The translations under genes were made by a program, and so were the position numbers. A DNA stretch of 64,000 nucleotides from a virus, in IMG/VR virus record IMGVR_UViG_3300028833_000003; one strand, 5' to 3'. A model generated the notes under the pieces. It searched no databases. It was not told where the DNA came from and worked only from the letters and a program-made list of their open reading frames with translations. Of the stretch, positions 1-13,118 are shown one piece after another (position 1 is the stretch's first letter; the number at the start of each line of letters is the position of its first letter).

Positions 1-2114
1 ATTGGTAAATGATTAGTATTGCCATTGTTAGTGTTTGAAGCACCACGATAAATTCTAGTCCATTTATTTGCAGGAATTGCTATAATTGAAGCCAAGCGTG
101 TGCCTGTTGCATCATTATCATTTCCTGCCCAATTTACATCAGTACCACCAGCAGTATTATTATAGTCTGTATTTATATTTAATGCAATCGGTGTCCATAC
201 CTCAGCAGTCCAGCGGTAGGTCGCGCCATATGGTACCATTAATGCTGGCGTATCTGCTAAACGAACTCCATAGCCCCATGAAGAAGTACCAACAGGAGAT
301 ACAATCGTATATGTGTCTGTTTTTTCATCATAAGATACAGAAGTCGCACTGTTATTTACAAGTTTCGCATTGATCATCATATCATTATTTTCCTATACTT
401 CATATGGATGCATATTACCAAATTTATCTATCTTTATACCAACATTATACAACTATTTTATTTCCGTGTCAAGTAACGCAGTACAATAGATACGAAAATC
501 ACTATAACTACCTAATGTTTTTCTCCATACACCACCAGCCTTTGAAAAACCAATATATAATTGACTAAACGAAGCTAACGTTTTTCCTGCTCCAATAGTT
601 ACATTACTTTTTTCGATACCATCCTAATATGTGCGCGCAGTTGTTCCATCATAAGTAACAGCATAATGATGCCATTCATTTTTTATATATGAAAAATTTA
701 AACGCTTTACACCAGAGCCATCACTTGGGTAAATATCAAAACCACTATCACGATGATGGAATGCAGTTAAATTATAATCGGTTGGCGCGGTTTCATTATT
801 TGATGTACAAAAAACCGCATGACTTGTACTATTACCATAACCACTTTCTGGTTTTCCCCACCACGTGACAGTCATTTGAGAAGGAGTTGTTAAAGTTAAT
901 GGTGTTTGGATATAACATAATCCAGTATTATTATTGGTCGTTGGCTCTGAACTATTCCATTTTGTTGCAACAGTATATCTTTTAGTATCTGTTGTAGATA
1001 TTAAATTACCAATAATAGTACCATTATGATTATATCCACTACTATCTTCAATAATATTATTATTATATGTCTAACACCATGGAGTAGCTTTATTACCCCA
1101 TTCTAATTTCATACATTTCCACTATTCAGTAGTAGTAGTAGTTATTGAAGTATTATGATTCGTAATTAATAGTTGTAATGTTGTATAATCTGTATTTAAA
1201 GCAAAAGTTACAGATGAACGTCCTGATGAAGAGGCAGCAATGACTTCCGTAGATAATACTGTTGGCCTATCACTACTACTTTTATATTGCTAAACACGAG
1301 CTTTTAATGGTTTCTGACCTGATATAGCATTGATGTCTATACTAAAAGTAAACTAATCACCATTTTTTGCCCCTGTGGCTTCAACAAAACTAGTAATTGG
1401 CATTTCCCAAATAGTTGTATAATATTGACCAATAGAGAAATTAGTCCAAGTATTAACATTATTATTGGTTAAATTTATAGAATTATCTAACTTATAATGT
1501 AATATTAATCCTCGCGCAATTTCTGACACTTCTGCAGATGATAAACAATGATCATACAGTCTGACATCATTCATCCACCCATTTAATGGATTGCCAGTAC
1601 CTGTCTATGTAGTACCAATATAAGTAGCAGTTGCAGTTGCTTTTGTTGGCGCAGTCCCTGCGGTTCCCGCAGTTCGCAAACCATTTATATATACTGCTTT
1701 TGTATTTTTACTTTTACTATAAGTAAAACAAATATGATACCACTAATTTGCTACAAATGATAATCCAGCGCTAAGATTAATAGTCCAACGTTCGCCAGTA
1801 TCAAAATATAATTGACTAGCATTCATTATCCATGCCGCAAATCCAGTTGAAGCAGTTTCACTACGATTACAAAATAAAGTTGCGGCAGAAAAAGAAGCCA
1901 TTTTAATCCAACAGCAAAAACTCATTTCATCAGTATTATTATCCCATAAAGCCGGTGTCAATGTGATATTACTATTGTTACTAGAAGTAAATCTATAACA
2001 CTAACCAATTTTTCCATTTGTATCAACAGTAAGACTATTACTATTAACAGTAGTATCACTAATACCTTGATTATGTAAATCCCCAGTAAGGGGGAGCCAT
2101 ACTCGCAAACTCAT
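1..2114 (-). CDS. LamG/concanavalin-like repeat protein (partial; at least 704 codons; runs off the window)
   Basis: ATG at 2114 follows GGAGGGAG. The frame was checked open to position 1 with about 10 TAG. Two LamG-like units are visible: ...ANQWYHICFTY...GWMNDVRLYDHCLSSAEVSEI and ...NEWHHYAVTYDG...SDFRIYCTALLDTEIKQLY. Confidence 0.75.
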
Positions 2115-2126
2115 ATAACTCCCTCC

Positions 2127-5100
2127 TTACACAAAGATGAAATCAATACATTCATCGCCGTCATTCCATGCGCTGTATGCATATTCAGTGGTGCCATAAT
2201 GCCATGAATAACGATAAGCACTTAATTCACCAGGAGTGGTTGTTAAATATACGCCACTATCTCCAGTAAGTGATACGTTTGCGGCAGTCGCAGCTAATGC
2301 TGATGTTGTGCCAAGCAAATAAGTTTTGGTTGTCTAATTTAATGCCGCAGAAATTTTAGATGCAGTTGCTGCATTTCCAGTATATTGAGTAGCGCTTACA
2401 TATGAAGTTGTGCTACTGCCTAAATATACTGTACTAGCCTATAAGCTAGCCGTGCCAGTGGAACTGCCAAAAATAAATTTAGTTGGTATCGCACGGCTAT
2501 CTTTCGCGCGATAGCCAAAAAATATTGTTGTACTAGTATTTGTACCGCCAAAATTTATTTCATTATTGTTTTCTGGATATAACCAAAGTCCAGTAACACC
2601 AGATTTGGTTGCTGTTGCGGCATTAGTTACTGTTTCATCACGATACCAAGGCCTATAAGCATCTCGAGTAGCTTGTACAGTGCCCGTAGAAGTAGCTTCC
2701 TAAACAATTTCAAAAGCATCATATAAATTAATTTGCGTATAACCGTTAGTAACATTAAATACATCAATACCAGTATAACTTTTTATAGGTATTGAAACCC
2801 AAAGAGTGCGATAATTAGAAACAGCATCATTATCATAACCAAAACTAACTGTTAATTTATCTGTAGACGTTCCACCAATAATAACTGCTTTTGGCTCATA
2901 CCATAAACTATTCCCATAATTATATCCACTAATACCTATATCAGTATAATCATAAGATTGATAAACACGAATGGTAAATGCTAGCATCCAATTAGTTTTA
3001 GTTTTAATTTTTACTTTTAAAACGCCATTTAAGGAACCCGAAGTTGTAGACCAATGTGCCGCAGAAGTATGTTTAGCAGTACCCCATAATGTATTTGCAT
3101 AAATATTATTCCAGCGTAAAGAAGAAGTACCTAAATCTTTAGTTGCTGTAACTAATGGATATAAATTACCAGACAAACCAACATCGTATGTATTCATACC
3201 AATACGAACAGTATTATTCCATGTTGTAGCACTAGTACTACTTGTTCCGCTTTGAATTGCAAAATAATTTGTATCAGCCGTTCCGGAGCCTAAAGAACCA
3301 ATACGCCAAGATGCTCCAGCTGTTTTATTACTATTATACCAAAAATTAACAAATTTATCTGTGTCACCAGTAATAATATTAACATCCGCCGTCATGTTGT
3401 TAGTACCATCTAATTTTAAATAAACGGTATTATGATTATGACCAGCAAGAGCAAAGTATGAATCAGGATGATAAGCTGATGCACCAATTGTAGTGCCAGC
3501 AATTACTTTACCACTTGAATCAATATAAATTGGCTAAGTAGCAGTACCAACAGCCGCACGCGAATCAGTATATAATGCTTTTACCCAAGGCTACCAGCTC
3601 ATTGTATTAACATTATCTACCTTCACTGTTTTTCCAAAACGATGATGAATTTGATAACTGCTATCATCAATAAAAATTTGATGTCCATAAGTAGAATGCC
3701 ATGGAATATCAATAATCATACCGTCATTTGAATTCCAGGTATCATTGTCATTCATTGCAATAGATGATACTTTCGCAGCTTGAATACCAATACCATTGGT
3801 ATGGAATGCATCAACTGCTTCTTTAGTAGTTAATTGTGCATGATATTTTAAAATACTAGCAGTATCAGCATTGCCAGTAACATTACCATTAAAAATCCAT
3901 TTATTATCTGCACCTGCATAAATAATCCATTGACTAGCTTTATCATCATATAAACCATGATTAACATTTCCAGTTCCAACACCCCACCAATAGCTAATCG
4001 TTGAACTATACTACACTTTTATTTCTGCCTAACCGCCTGCAGCGTGTGTTGCAAGTACATGACCATTTACAATGCCTGCATATAAATTCTTCCAAGCAAA
4101 ACTTGCAGTACCTAAATTAAATTCATTGTTCTTACCTGGCCGTAATGCGGTTTTACCATCAAATAATGCAATAGTATTATCATAACCAGTAGCAAAACCA
4201 ATAGCTAAAGAGCCAGTTTCTGGATAACAGATATAACTTGGACCACTATTATCTGCGGTTCTTGTAAATTCAATATGTTTAATCGCGGTTTTGTCACTGA
4301 ATATTAATCGTTTTACTTCTGCACTATTTAGAATTTTTGTATCTGTCTATACTGTATATAAATGGTCAGTATATTGATATACTGGATGAGTAGCATAAAG
4401 CATAATACAATATGTATTATAAGCACGACCCAACAAAATATAGCAATTACCATCATTAGAAGAAGGTAATGCCTATACAATTGGACTTGCTGATGCAATT
4501 TTACATTTTCTTCCTGTTGTTGGTGTAACTTTCAAATAAACATTCTTATGTGCCGTTAAAGTTGTACCAGTATTAAACGTATAACGTAAATCTACAGGAT
4601 AAGAATAATATAATGCGCCAGCACTAATTGCCGCATCTGCATTAACTGTTGTGGTTGTACCATAATAATAGATTAAACCATCGAGTAAGAATTCTTGGCT
4701 GGTAAGCATTGTCTTACTAGTGCCAGTTGAATTGCTTGTACTAGTAAGCGCGCATAAATGGTCTTCATCAACCTAAAATAATAACTAATATCTATAAATA
4801 ACATTTGCAGCAATATGATTGCCATTTGCAATATATAAGTTAGAAATGGTTGTACTATTACTGTCATAGTAATTTAATACTCTAAACGCACCGCCAGTTA
4901 CAGTTGTCGCATTAACAGAATCAGCACCATCTATAGGAGTCATACTCGCTGCTGAGCCAGCAGCTTCAAACGTTACCCATAAATAATTATTAACAGGATA
5001 ATGTGTAGTTAATCTACCAGTTCCATTTAAAACAACTGGATAGTAATTAGTACCATTATTCATGGAAATATAAACGCCCCAAGTGTGACCGGCGACAGGA

Positions 5101-8100
5101 ATTTTAATTAAGAAAGTATCACCATCAGCAACATTTCTACCAATATTATAAGTCCATTTAACTGGAAAATAACGCGGTGAAACACCAGAACCTTTATCTT
5201 GTTGTGCAGTACCAGTACCAGTAATTAAATTATTAAATACTTTACTATGTACTGTATCACTAAATGTGCCATTAGTGCTATATACACCATTAAATTCATG
5301 TGATGCATCACCCAAGGAATGGGTTTTAGTTGCATATGAATAAATAGAACCCTAAGTAATATACAATGATTTAGATGCTGTATCCATCGCTGAACCAGTA
5401 CCAGGACGAAGAAGAATAGCATTAAGCGCATTAATTGCAACATTGCCATTACTTGCTGCGGCCATATATGCTTGTTCTGTCTTAATTGTACCATTAGAAT
5501 TAAGAGTGTACCAAGAAATCCTATTATTTGCAGCATTACTAATAGCATCATTAGCAGCAGTAAATTGAACATTGCCTCTAAATAATCCGCCTAAATCATC
5601 TATAATACGTATCCAACGAGTACCAACAACAGCGCCTGCATTTAAACGCTTATAATATAAATGATTTGTGCTACCAAAAGGTACTGCTAAATCAGTATAA
5701 TACCCATTGCTATTGCTATGATGCATTCTTAAAATATGCCACCAGGCTGTAGTTGGTGTATCATTTACTTGCGCGGCATGTCCCGCCGTACCATTAATAT
5801 CAAACCAACGCAAACCAATTAAATTATAATCAGTACCATCATTACGTACTAAACATTTAGCGCCTGTCGCAGTTCCATCTAAATCACCATGGAACTTATA
5901 AGCATATACAGTTTTCCATTGATGCGAAGTATCGCCTAAATCTTGAGCATTATCCGCGCCTGGACGCACAAGTCCAGTCTTATAAATAACCAACTGTTGA
6001 TTTGCACTATCTCCTGTGCCAAAGCCAACAGCCAATACAGATGCGGCATTATCAGGATAAGTAACATAATTCCAACTACTACGGCTAAATTTAATATGTG
6101 ATTCCGCAGCAGTACTTGCAATGGTTACTGTTTTTGTATTAGTTTCACCATTAATAGTTACTTTACCTTTAGCAAAATTAGCAACTTGCGTACCAGTAGT
6201 TGCGCGAATAGTATCCCAAGATCCAGATAATGCGGCTTCATAGACTTGAACATCTACCTAATTAGCAAACAATCTTATTCTATCAGGACCACTAGTATTA
6301 TTTACATCATTACCTTTAAATAATAATAATTCACTTTTTTCATTAGCTGTATCTTTTGGTCCATAAATAGATTCACCAATATAAGTATGATTAAAACCAG
6401 CAGGACCATCACCATATACACCATAAAATGCAATATAGTTATTGCTACCAGAGTCGGCACTAGCATAACCGTTTTGCCCGCTCCCAGTACCTGCGGTATC
6501 ACTACTACCAATTAATAATGGTCCTTGTAACCAAGATTTACCACCAGCGACTTTTAACGCATAATTTACATCTGGAGCAATATTAATACCTAAATGAGGT
6601 CTAATACTCCAACCAGTTGCCGCATGTCCTTGAATACGACTTGCTGCACTATTAGAACCATTATAGCTAATATAAAAATTAGAATCAGTAATATCTGCTG
6701 CCGCAGCTGTTGCATTTGCTGGCGTTGAATATGCTCCAACTAGCCAAACACCATTACCAGTACCATTAAGAGTGCCTTGCGTACCACCAAGAGTTACAAC
6801 AGACCAACCGTTTGAAGATCTATTAATTCTAATTCCTTCTGAGTATGAATTAGAAGTATTATAAGAACCATTAATAACAATATGGCCATTAACAGTAATA
6901 AGATTGGCACCATTAGATACTGCTGTTCCACTATCACCAAATTTAATACCTGAACTATTGATTTGTGCATATTGACCATTAGGCCCAACTTGGAACGTGC
7001 CGTCTGTGCGGAAAGTGCCGCTATCTTGATAAACATTCTTTGAACCGACGGTACGTATCCAAGTCTCATCAGTCATCTTCCAGCCGCCACCATTTGCAAA
7101 TATTAAAGTATTATTTGTTAATGCAGTATTAGTATTATAAACTTTAAAACCATTAACTGCGCTAATTTGATGATCGAAATAGTATGATTTATCTTGACCA
7201 TTTGTAAAATGTATCCAAGAGCCATTTTGCGCGCCAATTTCTACAGTAATACTATGATTACTTATTTTTAATGTACCACCACTAATAGTGTCAGACCAAG
7301 TATTATCACCGCGCCAAAATTTAGCTGTCGTGCCGCCTGATGTAGAAATAGTTGCGGCACTACCGGTAATGCTAATAGGCCACGTACCACTTGCGCCAGT
7401 ACCAGTTAAAGTAGGTGTGTATAAATTATAATTTTTATCATCTAAAATAGTTGCCCAAGATTTCCAAGGATTTGTACCATCAACTACATTCCAACCTGAA
7501 CGATAACGAATACCATATGCTTTACCTTGAGCAGCGCTAGCATTATGACTAATATAAAACTAAACAGCCCCACCATTACCAGCACGTATTACATATAACG
7601 CGCCATAGGCATATGGGGCATTTTGATTAGTCCCTGGATTATTAGTACCAGTAAAACCATTACTAGAAGCAACATAATACGCACCTGTCGTAGTAATATC
7701 CCAAGAGCTATCAACACCAATATTGGTAGGTGCTTTGATAATATCATCTAAAGTACCAGTACCGCCTAAGCTGATAGTTTTGTTGCCAATAGTAATGGAT
7801 GAATTTTCTAACTTACTATTAGCAATAGAACCAGCTAACATAGCATTAGTTACTTTTCCTGCCCCAATAGTAGTGGCAACACTCCATCCCTTTGTGCTAC
7901 TGCTTGACTCACCAGTTACGTCACCAGTTAATTTAACTGTTGTCCCAGAGGTAAAAGCCGCTGCGCTACCAGCCTTAGCAGTATAATCTTTATAGCTAAC
8001 AGTTACTCGATGCTCTGTTGGTATAATAGAAGCATCATCTGCCGTATTATCAATGACTGACCAGTCTTGTGAATAATCTCTTGTTAAATTGCTTGGCCAA

Positions 8101-9965
8101 TATTCAAACATATCAATATTAAAATGAATATAATATGCTTCTGGTAATACCGCAGTACCAATTAAACCCAGACCAATAGCAACATATTCTTGTCCATTTT
8201 CAGTATATGAAGATAAAGTAATTACTGGTCTATGTTCAGTGTTAGATGTTGCACTATAATTACAAAATTCACCGTTATAAATATAAAAAACCAAACCTAA
8301 TTCAGTTGGTAGTCCAGGATTATAATTATCCATATGGAAAATCAATTTTGGCATTACGTTTCCACTAGTATATGGAATTCTTGTTTTAATTAAAATTTCT
8401 TTTGGAGTACCAGATGTACCATAATCAATTACATTATGGAAATATCTACCAGTCTATGTTTTACCTGGCATAATTCCATCGGTACGGAAATGATAATTTG
8501 TACCATCATAATATACAATATAATTGCCGCCAGGCAATGTATAGTTTGAAGAAGAAGATGGCTTGCCGTTAATCCAAACCGGCTTATCTCCTGTTCCGCC
8601 AATATTTAATGTAAATGCGCCTTGATAAGTATTATCATAATAATGAGTATAAGGGAACTATTTACCTGCTGTTAATTGAAATTTCCAACCGCCAATCGCG
8701 ATTTTAGCTTGTTTAGCTGCGCCGCTAGTTGAAGTATTCTCATATGGGAACATATAAGAATATGTATTATTATAATCAGCATTAGATAAAATCCAATAAG
8801 TACCATTATATACAAAAAGTGCGATTGCATCAGCACGCAATTCATTAGTTGATGTTAAATTAGCAATATTCGCATTATATAATTTTTTAATATTTTTGGC
8901 GCCTTTACCATTAACATTTAAAGTTAAATTAGCAACTGCAGCAGTATTAGTATTACTAAATGAAACAACTAATATGTCACCAGTCTATAGCTAATTATAA
9001 TCTGCACACGTAACTACCTTTGCGGCAGTACCTGCAGCGGTCGCGCACGTACCATAAAAGATACGTCCATTACCGGAAGCTAAATTTAAATCACTTAAAC
9101 TATAACTATTGCCTAATTGTAATGTTTTATTATTTAAAATAAGATAACGACGTTCATCTTCTGGGGCAGGCGTCCAATATGTAGCTACAGGTCCGCGTTC
9201 CAATTTAATATTATTTAATTGTAAAAAATCACCTGCGGCATACTGATTAGTTGTTGTATTAGTACAATATAATCTAAAATACAACATTGTAATATTCGTT
9301 GGCAATACAAATGTAAATTCAACTCTTGTCCCAGTAACTGTTATTCCTTTTCTGGCAGATGTAATTTCTGCAACACGTTTGCTTTGCAAAGCAGTTGTAT
9401 CAAAAGTGCCAGCTGTCGTTTTATCTACATATAAATCTAAATTAATATAATAAGTAGTGCTATTAGTTGCACCTGATAATAATTTATAATCTAAATCAAA
9501 AGCAAGTGTGTATTCTGTATTAACAGCCAATGCGTCAAGATTATTAATTTTAATTTGATTAGCATTAGCAGTATTACTACTACTGCCTAAATATAAAGCT
9601 GCCTAACAAGCTGCGGTTTCTTTCAAAATTAAACCATGCGCATCGCTCGCTGTTAAAGTACAATTACTTGCTGGCGTAAAATGATATACACCATTTAAAT
9701 TTGGTAAATTATTATTATCTTTAAATAAAGTATTTTGTATTAAGTTTCTACCAGCAACATCTGTGCCGACTAAATAATCTGCCGCGCGTGCATTCAGTGG
9801 GATACGATTGACACCCACTTGTGCCTAGTTCGCATCAGCAATATCAATATAAAACTTGCCATCATCTTGCGTAAAATAGGCATACCCTTCCGTAGCCTTA
9901 TAAGTAGAGTTACCTGTTTTACCTAGTGCTGATGATGAGCCTTTTAAAATTTTAAAGAGTGCCAA
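2127..9965 (-). CDS. giant tail fibre protein (2,612 codons)
   Basis: TTG at 9965 lies 7 nt after GGAGGGG. Ten listed fragments (9603.. through 2127..2318) and all gaps lie in one checked frame with about 20 TAG. TAA at 2127. The N-terminus LFKILKGSSSALGKTGNSTYKATEGYAYFTQDDGKFYIDI is a fibre anchor motif. The body is long and rich in Gly, Ser, Thr and Asn, with a beta-rich appearance. Confidence 0.8.
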
Positions 9966-10040
9966 TCTTCAGCCCCTCCTATCTCATCAAACTCTATATA
10001 GTATTATAAAACTAATTAGATAATTTATTAAAAATAGTCC

Positions 10041-10079
10041 AAAAAAAAATAAGGGTTAAGTGAATACTCACTTAACCCT
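10041..10079 (-). terminator. rho-independent terminator
   Basis: On the minus strand: AGGGTTAAGTGA-GTAT-TCACTTAACCCT followed by TATTTTTTTTT. Confidence 0.85.
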
Positions 10080-10084
10080 ATATA

Positions 10085-10792
10085 TTAAGATATTTCAGTT
10101 ACATCATTCCAATAGCGACTTTCCATTAATTCTTTAAACTAACGAGTTAATTCGTTATAGTTCTGTAACATAATTAAATACTAACCATCTTCATAAATGG
10201 TTTCTTCTTCTGGAGTTGGTTGTAAAGCATCTAACCCATACAAAATTTTTGTATGTACTGCTTGTGTGCGCAAATTATATATGTAATGATAATTACTTGG
10301 ATCATCTTCATCTTCGGCTAAGCGATAAAATCTTAAACCAAATTGAAGAGGTCCAGCAACTTTTGTAGCAGCACCTTGAATTATCCAACCAAGTACCATA
10401 TAGCCAGGATAACTCGTTAAATCTTTAAATAAAATTGGCGAAACATGACTTTCACCGGCCGCATTTACATATTCAATAACTGCGGTTGTACGATTTAAAT
10501 CCATATCGTCAAAATAACGAGGTACTTTAAAGAAAATCGTTTCTGCTAAATGGTCTTTTTCTACACTTAAAAATTCTTTATAAGCAGGTTGATTTTCGAT
10601 AAGAATTGTTCGGGAATTTAAATCTACGTCAATTAAAGGAGTAGTAGTAGGACATACCCCGAACAACATCTTATCTTGATAATTCTACTCTATTGTATAA
10701 AGAAGGGCTTTTAATACATTTGCGGCACGATTAGTAATCTCAGGATTTGCTACAACTCCTACTCCAGTAGCAATTTCTTGTTGAGTTGCCAC
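10085..10792 (-). CDS. small paralogue of the preceding N-terminal domain (235 codons)
   Basis: GTG at 10792 lies 6 nt after AAGGAGGG. Three in-frame TAG. TAA at 10085 is followed by a strong terminator. It contains KDHLAETIFFKVPRYFDDMDL...LGWIIQG...GPLQFGLRF. Confidence 0.7.
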
Positions 10793-10809
10793 AATAATCC
10801 CTCCTTATA

Positions 10810-12795
10810 TTAAGTAATGTTAGGTGGATCTTGTGTAAGTTTATTAACTGCAGCATTGCATCTAATTTGAATAGTGCCTGCTTTAGAATAATCAGAGAAA
10901 ATCTCTTTATCAAACAATTGAGTGCGACCCTTAAATGTAAGCATATAGAAGCCTCTGCTACTATCGCGCTGGAAAGCAGGATGGTCTTGCAAGAATTTTA
11001 AGAAATCAACAGAAACCACACCAACGTTACTTGTCTGTGCGTTAAGTGCTTCAAATGAAGTAACATATTCGTCTTCGATAGTAATGTTGAAGGCTAACTC
11101 ACCAGCATCATTGGATACAAACTGCGCGGTAACGCCAACACTAGCTTTATAGTCATCTTTATTTGGTGCAGTTGCTTCATATGTGTCATCACCGATTTCC
11201 GCAGAAGCACGGAAATTCATAATCTTACATTCAACCTGAGTACCAGCGGCGTTCAAGTCAATGTCAAATGCAGGAGCAACTGGATACAATTGAGCATTTA
11301 CAGATACGCCTGCGCCCTTCGTTAATGAACTATTCTGATAGGTATTAGTAACATTAACTGTATATAAACCAGCTTCAGTTGGAGTATATTCTGCGGCAAT
11401 AGCACCATCAATAGCATTGTTATCTTTATACCATTGATAACTAATTTCGCCATTCTCATGGTCTTTCTTAGTTGCGCTAACACTAATGCTTTCTTTATCA
11501 CCAGTACGATTAATAACTAACTCAGTTGGCAATTCTTGTACTACATCAAAATCAGAAGCAGCAAGAATACTGGTCATATCACTATCAATCCAACGAGTTT
11601 CATACTTCCCAGCAGTTTTTTCAACCTTATTACCAATCTTGACATAATAGTCGCCGGGTACCTTGGTCTTTAATACGCTGTCCCAAATATTAGTAATAGT
11701 AGTAGTTGGTTCATCGCCCTCATTCTCTGCAGGAACAGTTTCAACACGTCTATTGATTGTATGATTGACAAGATTAGATTCATTAACTAAATCCCACTCT
11801 GGCCAACGCTCTAAGAAACGTGCTTTCATTTCTGAATCAGAAATATCATCAGCGATTGCAGCACCATTATAATAAAGTTTATAAACAACTTGTGCATCAA
11901 CAAATTGTCCTTTATTAGCTGCTGCGGCAGCATCTAATTCTGCAACAGTATTATCTTCACTTGGAGTAAGTACAACTTCATAATTTTGTACAATATTCTT
12001 TTCTCCGAAGCTCTGTACGCCAGCGCCCTTTGGATAATAATTCAAATGAACAATAGGTGCAGGCATCTGTAACAAACTTGCAGTTCCACTATAGCTTGGA
12101 CGATTATCTACAATACTAGACCAATCAGTTACATCTTCGGTAAAATCACCAGAAATAGTATTCTTTACAGCAACCTTTGCGGCCAATGTGTGCTTTTCAG
12201 CAACAACTACTTCATCAATGTTCTTTAAAATAAATGTAACAGCAAAATCAACTGTACCAGCTACTGAGGCAGGGCCTGACTCATCACCAGAAATGGCCCA
12301 ACCAAACCACATATGTTCATCATCATAGTCGATATAAAGCGCCTTATCAGTGCCAGATAATGTGCCGTTATGCCATTGAATTAAAACTGAACCATGTACG
12401 CCGGTATTTTCATCTAAACCAACACAAGCAGCCAAGTCCATTGTATCAAAGTAACGAGGTACTTCAAAGAATACAACTTCTGCGAGGTGGTCGCCAACAA
12501 CTGCAATACCATTCTTTTGGAAATCAGCTGGGACAGTAATAACACCGCTATTTGTATTAATAACAAAATACTGTTCATCAAATGGAACTCTCACATACAA
12601 AGGTAAGCGAGTCTAATCTATATTAGGCTTATTACGAATAATATCTAATGCTTCGTAATATTGAGACAAAGTTTCTACTTGTTGTAACCCAGAGTCAGCA
12701 GCCAATTGTTTTCCAATAGTCATTGGCTCTGCATTTTCATTCTCAAATAGAACTCTGTTTAAACCCCTAGTTAAGGATTCTTGAGTTACTAGCAT
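10810..12795 (-). CDS. receptor-binding/baseplate-upper-like protein (661 codons)
   Basis: ATG at 12795 follows GAGAAAGGAG. ORF 12613..12795 joins ORF 10810..12600 through a single TAG at 12613. TAA at 10810. The N-terminal domain GDHLAEVVFFEVPRYFDTMDL...WFGWAISG...GTVDFAVTF is paralogous to that of the next gene. Confidence 0.75.
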
Positions 12796-12821
12796 AGCTC
12801 CACTACTCCTTTCTCATAATT

Positions 12822-12849
12822 CGAGGAGTGCATTAAGATGCACTCCTCG
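12822..12849 (-). terminator. 12-bp hairpin downstream of the small gene
   Basis: On the minus strand: CGAGGAGTGCAT-CTTA-ATGCACTCCTCG. There is no clear U-tract, so it may be an attenuator or a stability element. Confidence 0.4.
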
Positions 12850-12884
12850 ATATCTATATACTTATCAAAAAATTATTAAATATA

Positions 12885-13100
12885 TTATACTACTTCGTCC
12901 CGCATACTAATTTCATACCAATTAGTTGCCTCATCTTCTGGCACGGTCACTGTAACCATTTTGCGCGTACCATCTGTTAATAACTTCCCAGCATCTGCGC
13001 GCAATCTAATCAAACGTACATAATATACATCTTCTAAGTGGATAGGAGTTTCTAACACCCCATTAGTTCCAAGATAGCGATAAATAACTTGACGTGTCAT
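12885..13100 (-). CDS. hypothetical small protein
   Basis: ATG at 13100 follows GGAAAGGAG. 71 codons with no TAG. TAA at 12885 is followed by a hairpin. Confidence 0.7.
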   Translation of the reverse strand: MTRQVIYRYLGTNGVLETPIHLEDVYYVRLIRLRADAGKLLTDGTRKMVTVTVPEDEATNWYEISMRDEVV

Positions 13101-13118
13101 TTGAGTATCTCCTTTCCA

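Noticed and set aside
10003-10037. A possible promoter (TATAAT at 10003-10008 on the minus strand) between the terminator at 10041-10079 and the giant fibre gene.
   Set aside because: The -35 region at the correct spacing is poor (TAATAA-like), and TATAAT-like hexamers are frequent in this AT-rich sequence. It is too weak to call.
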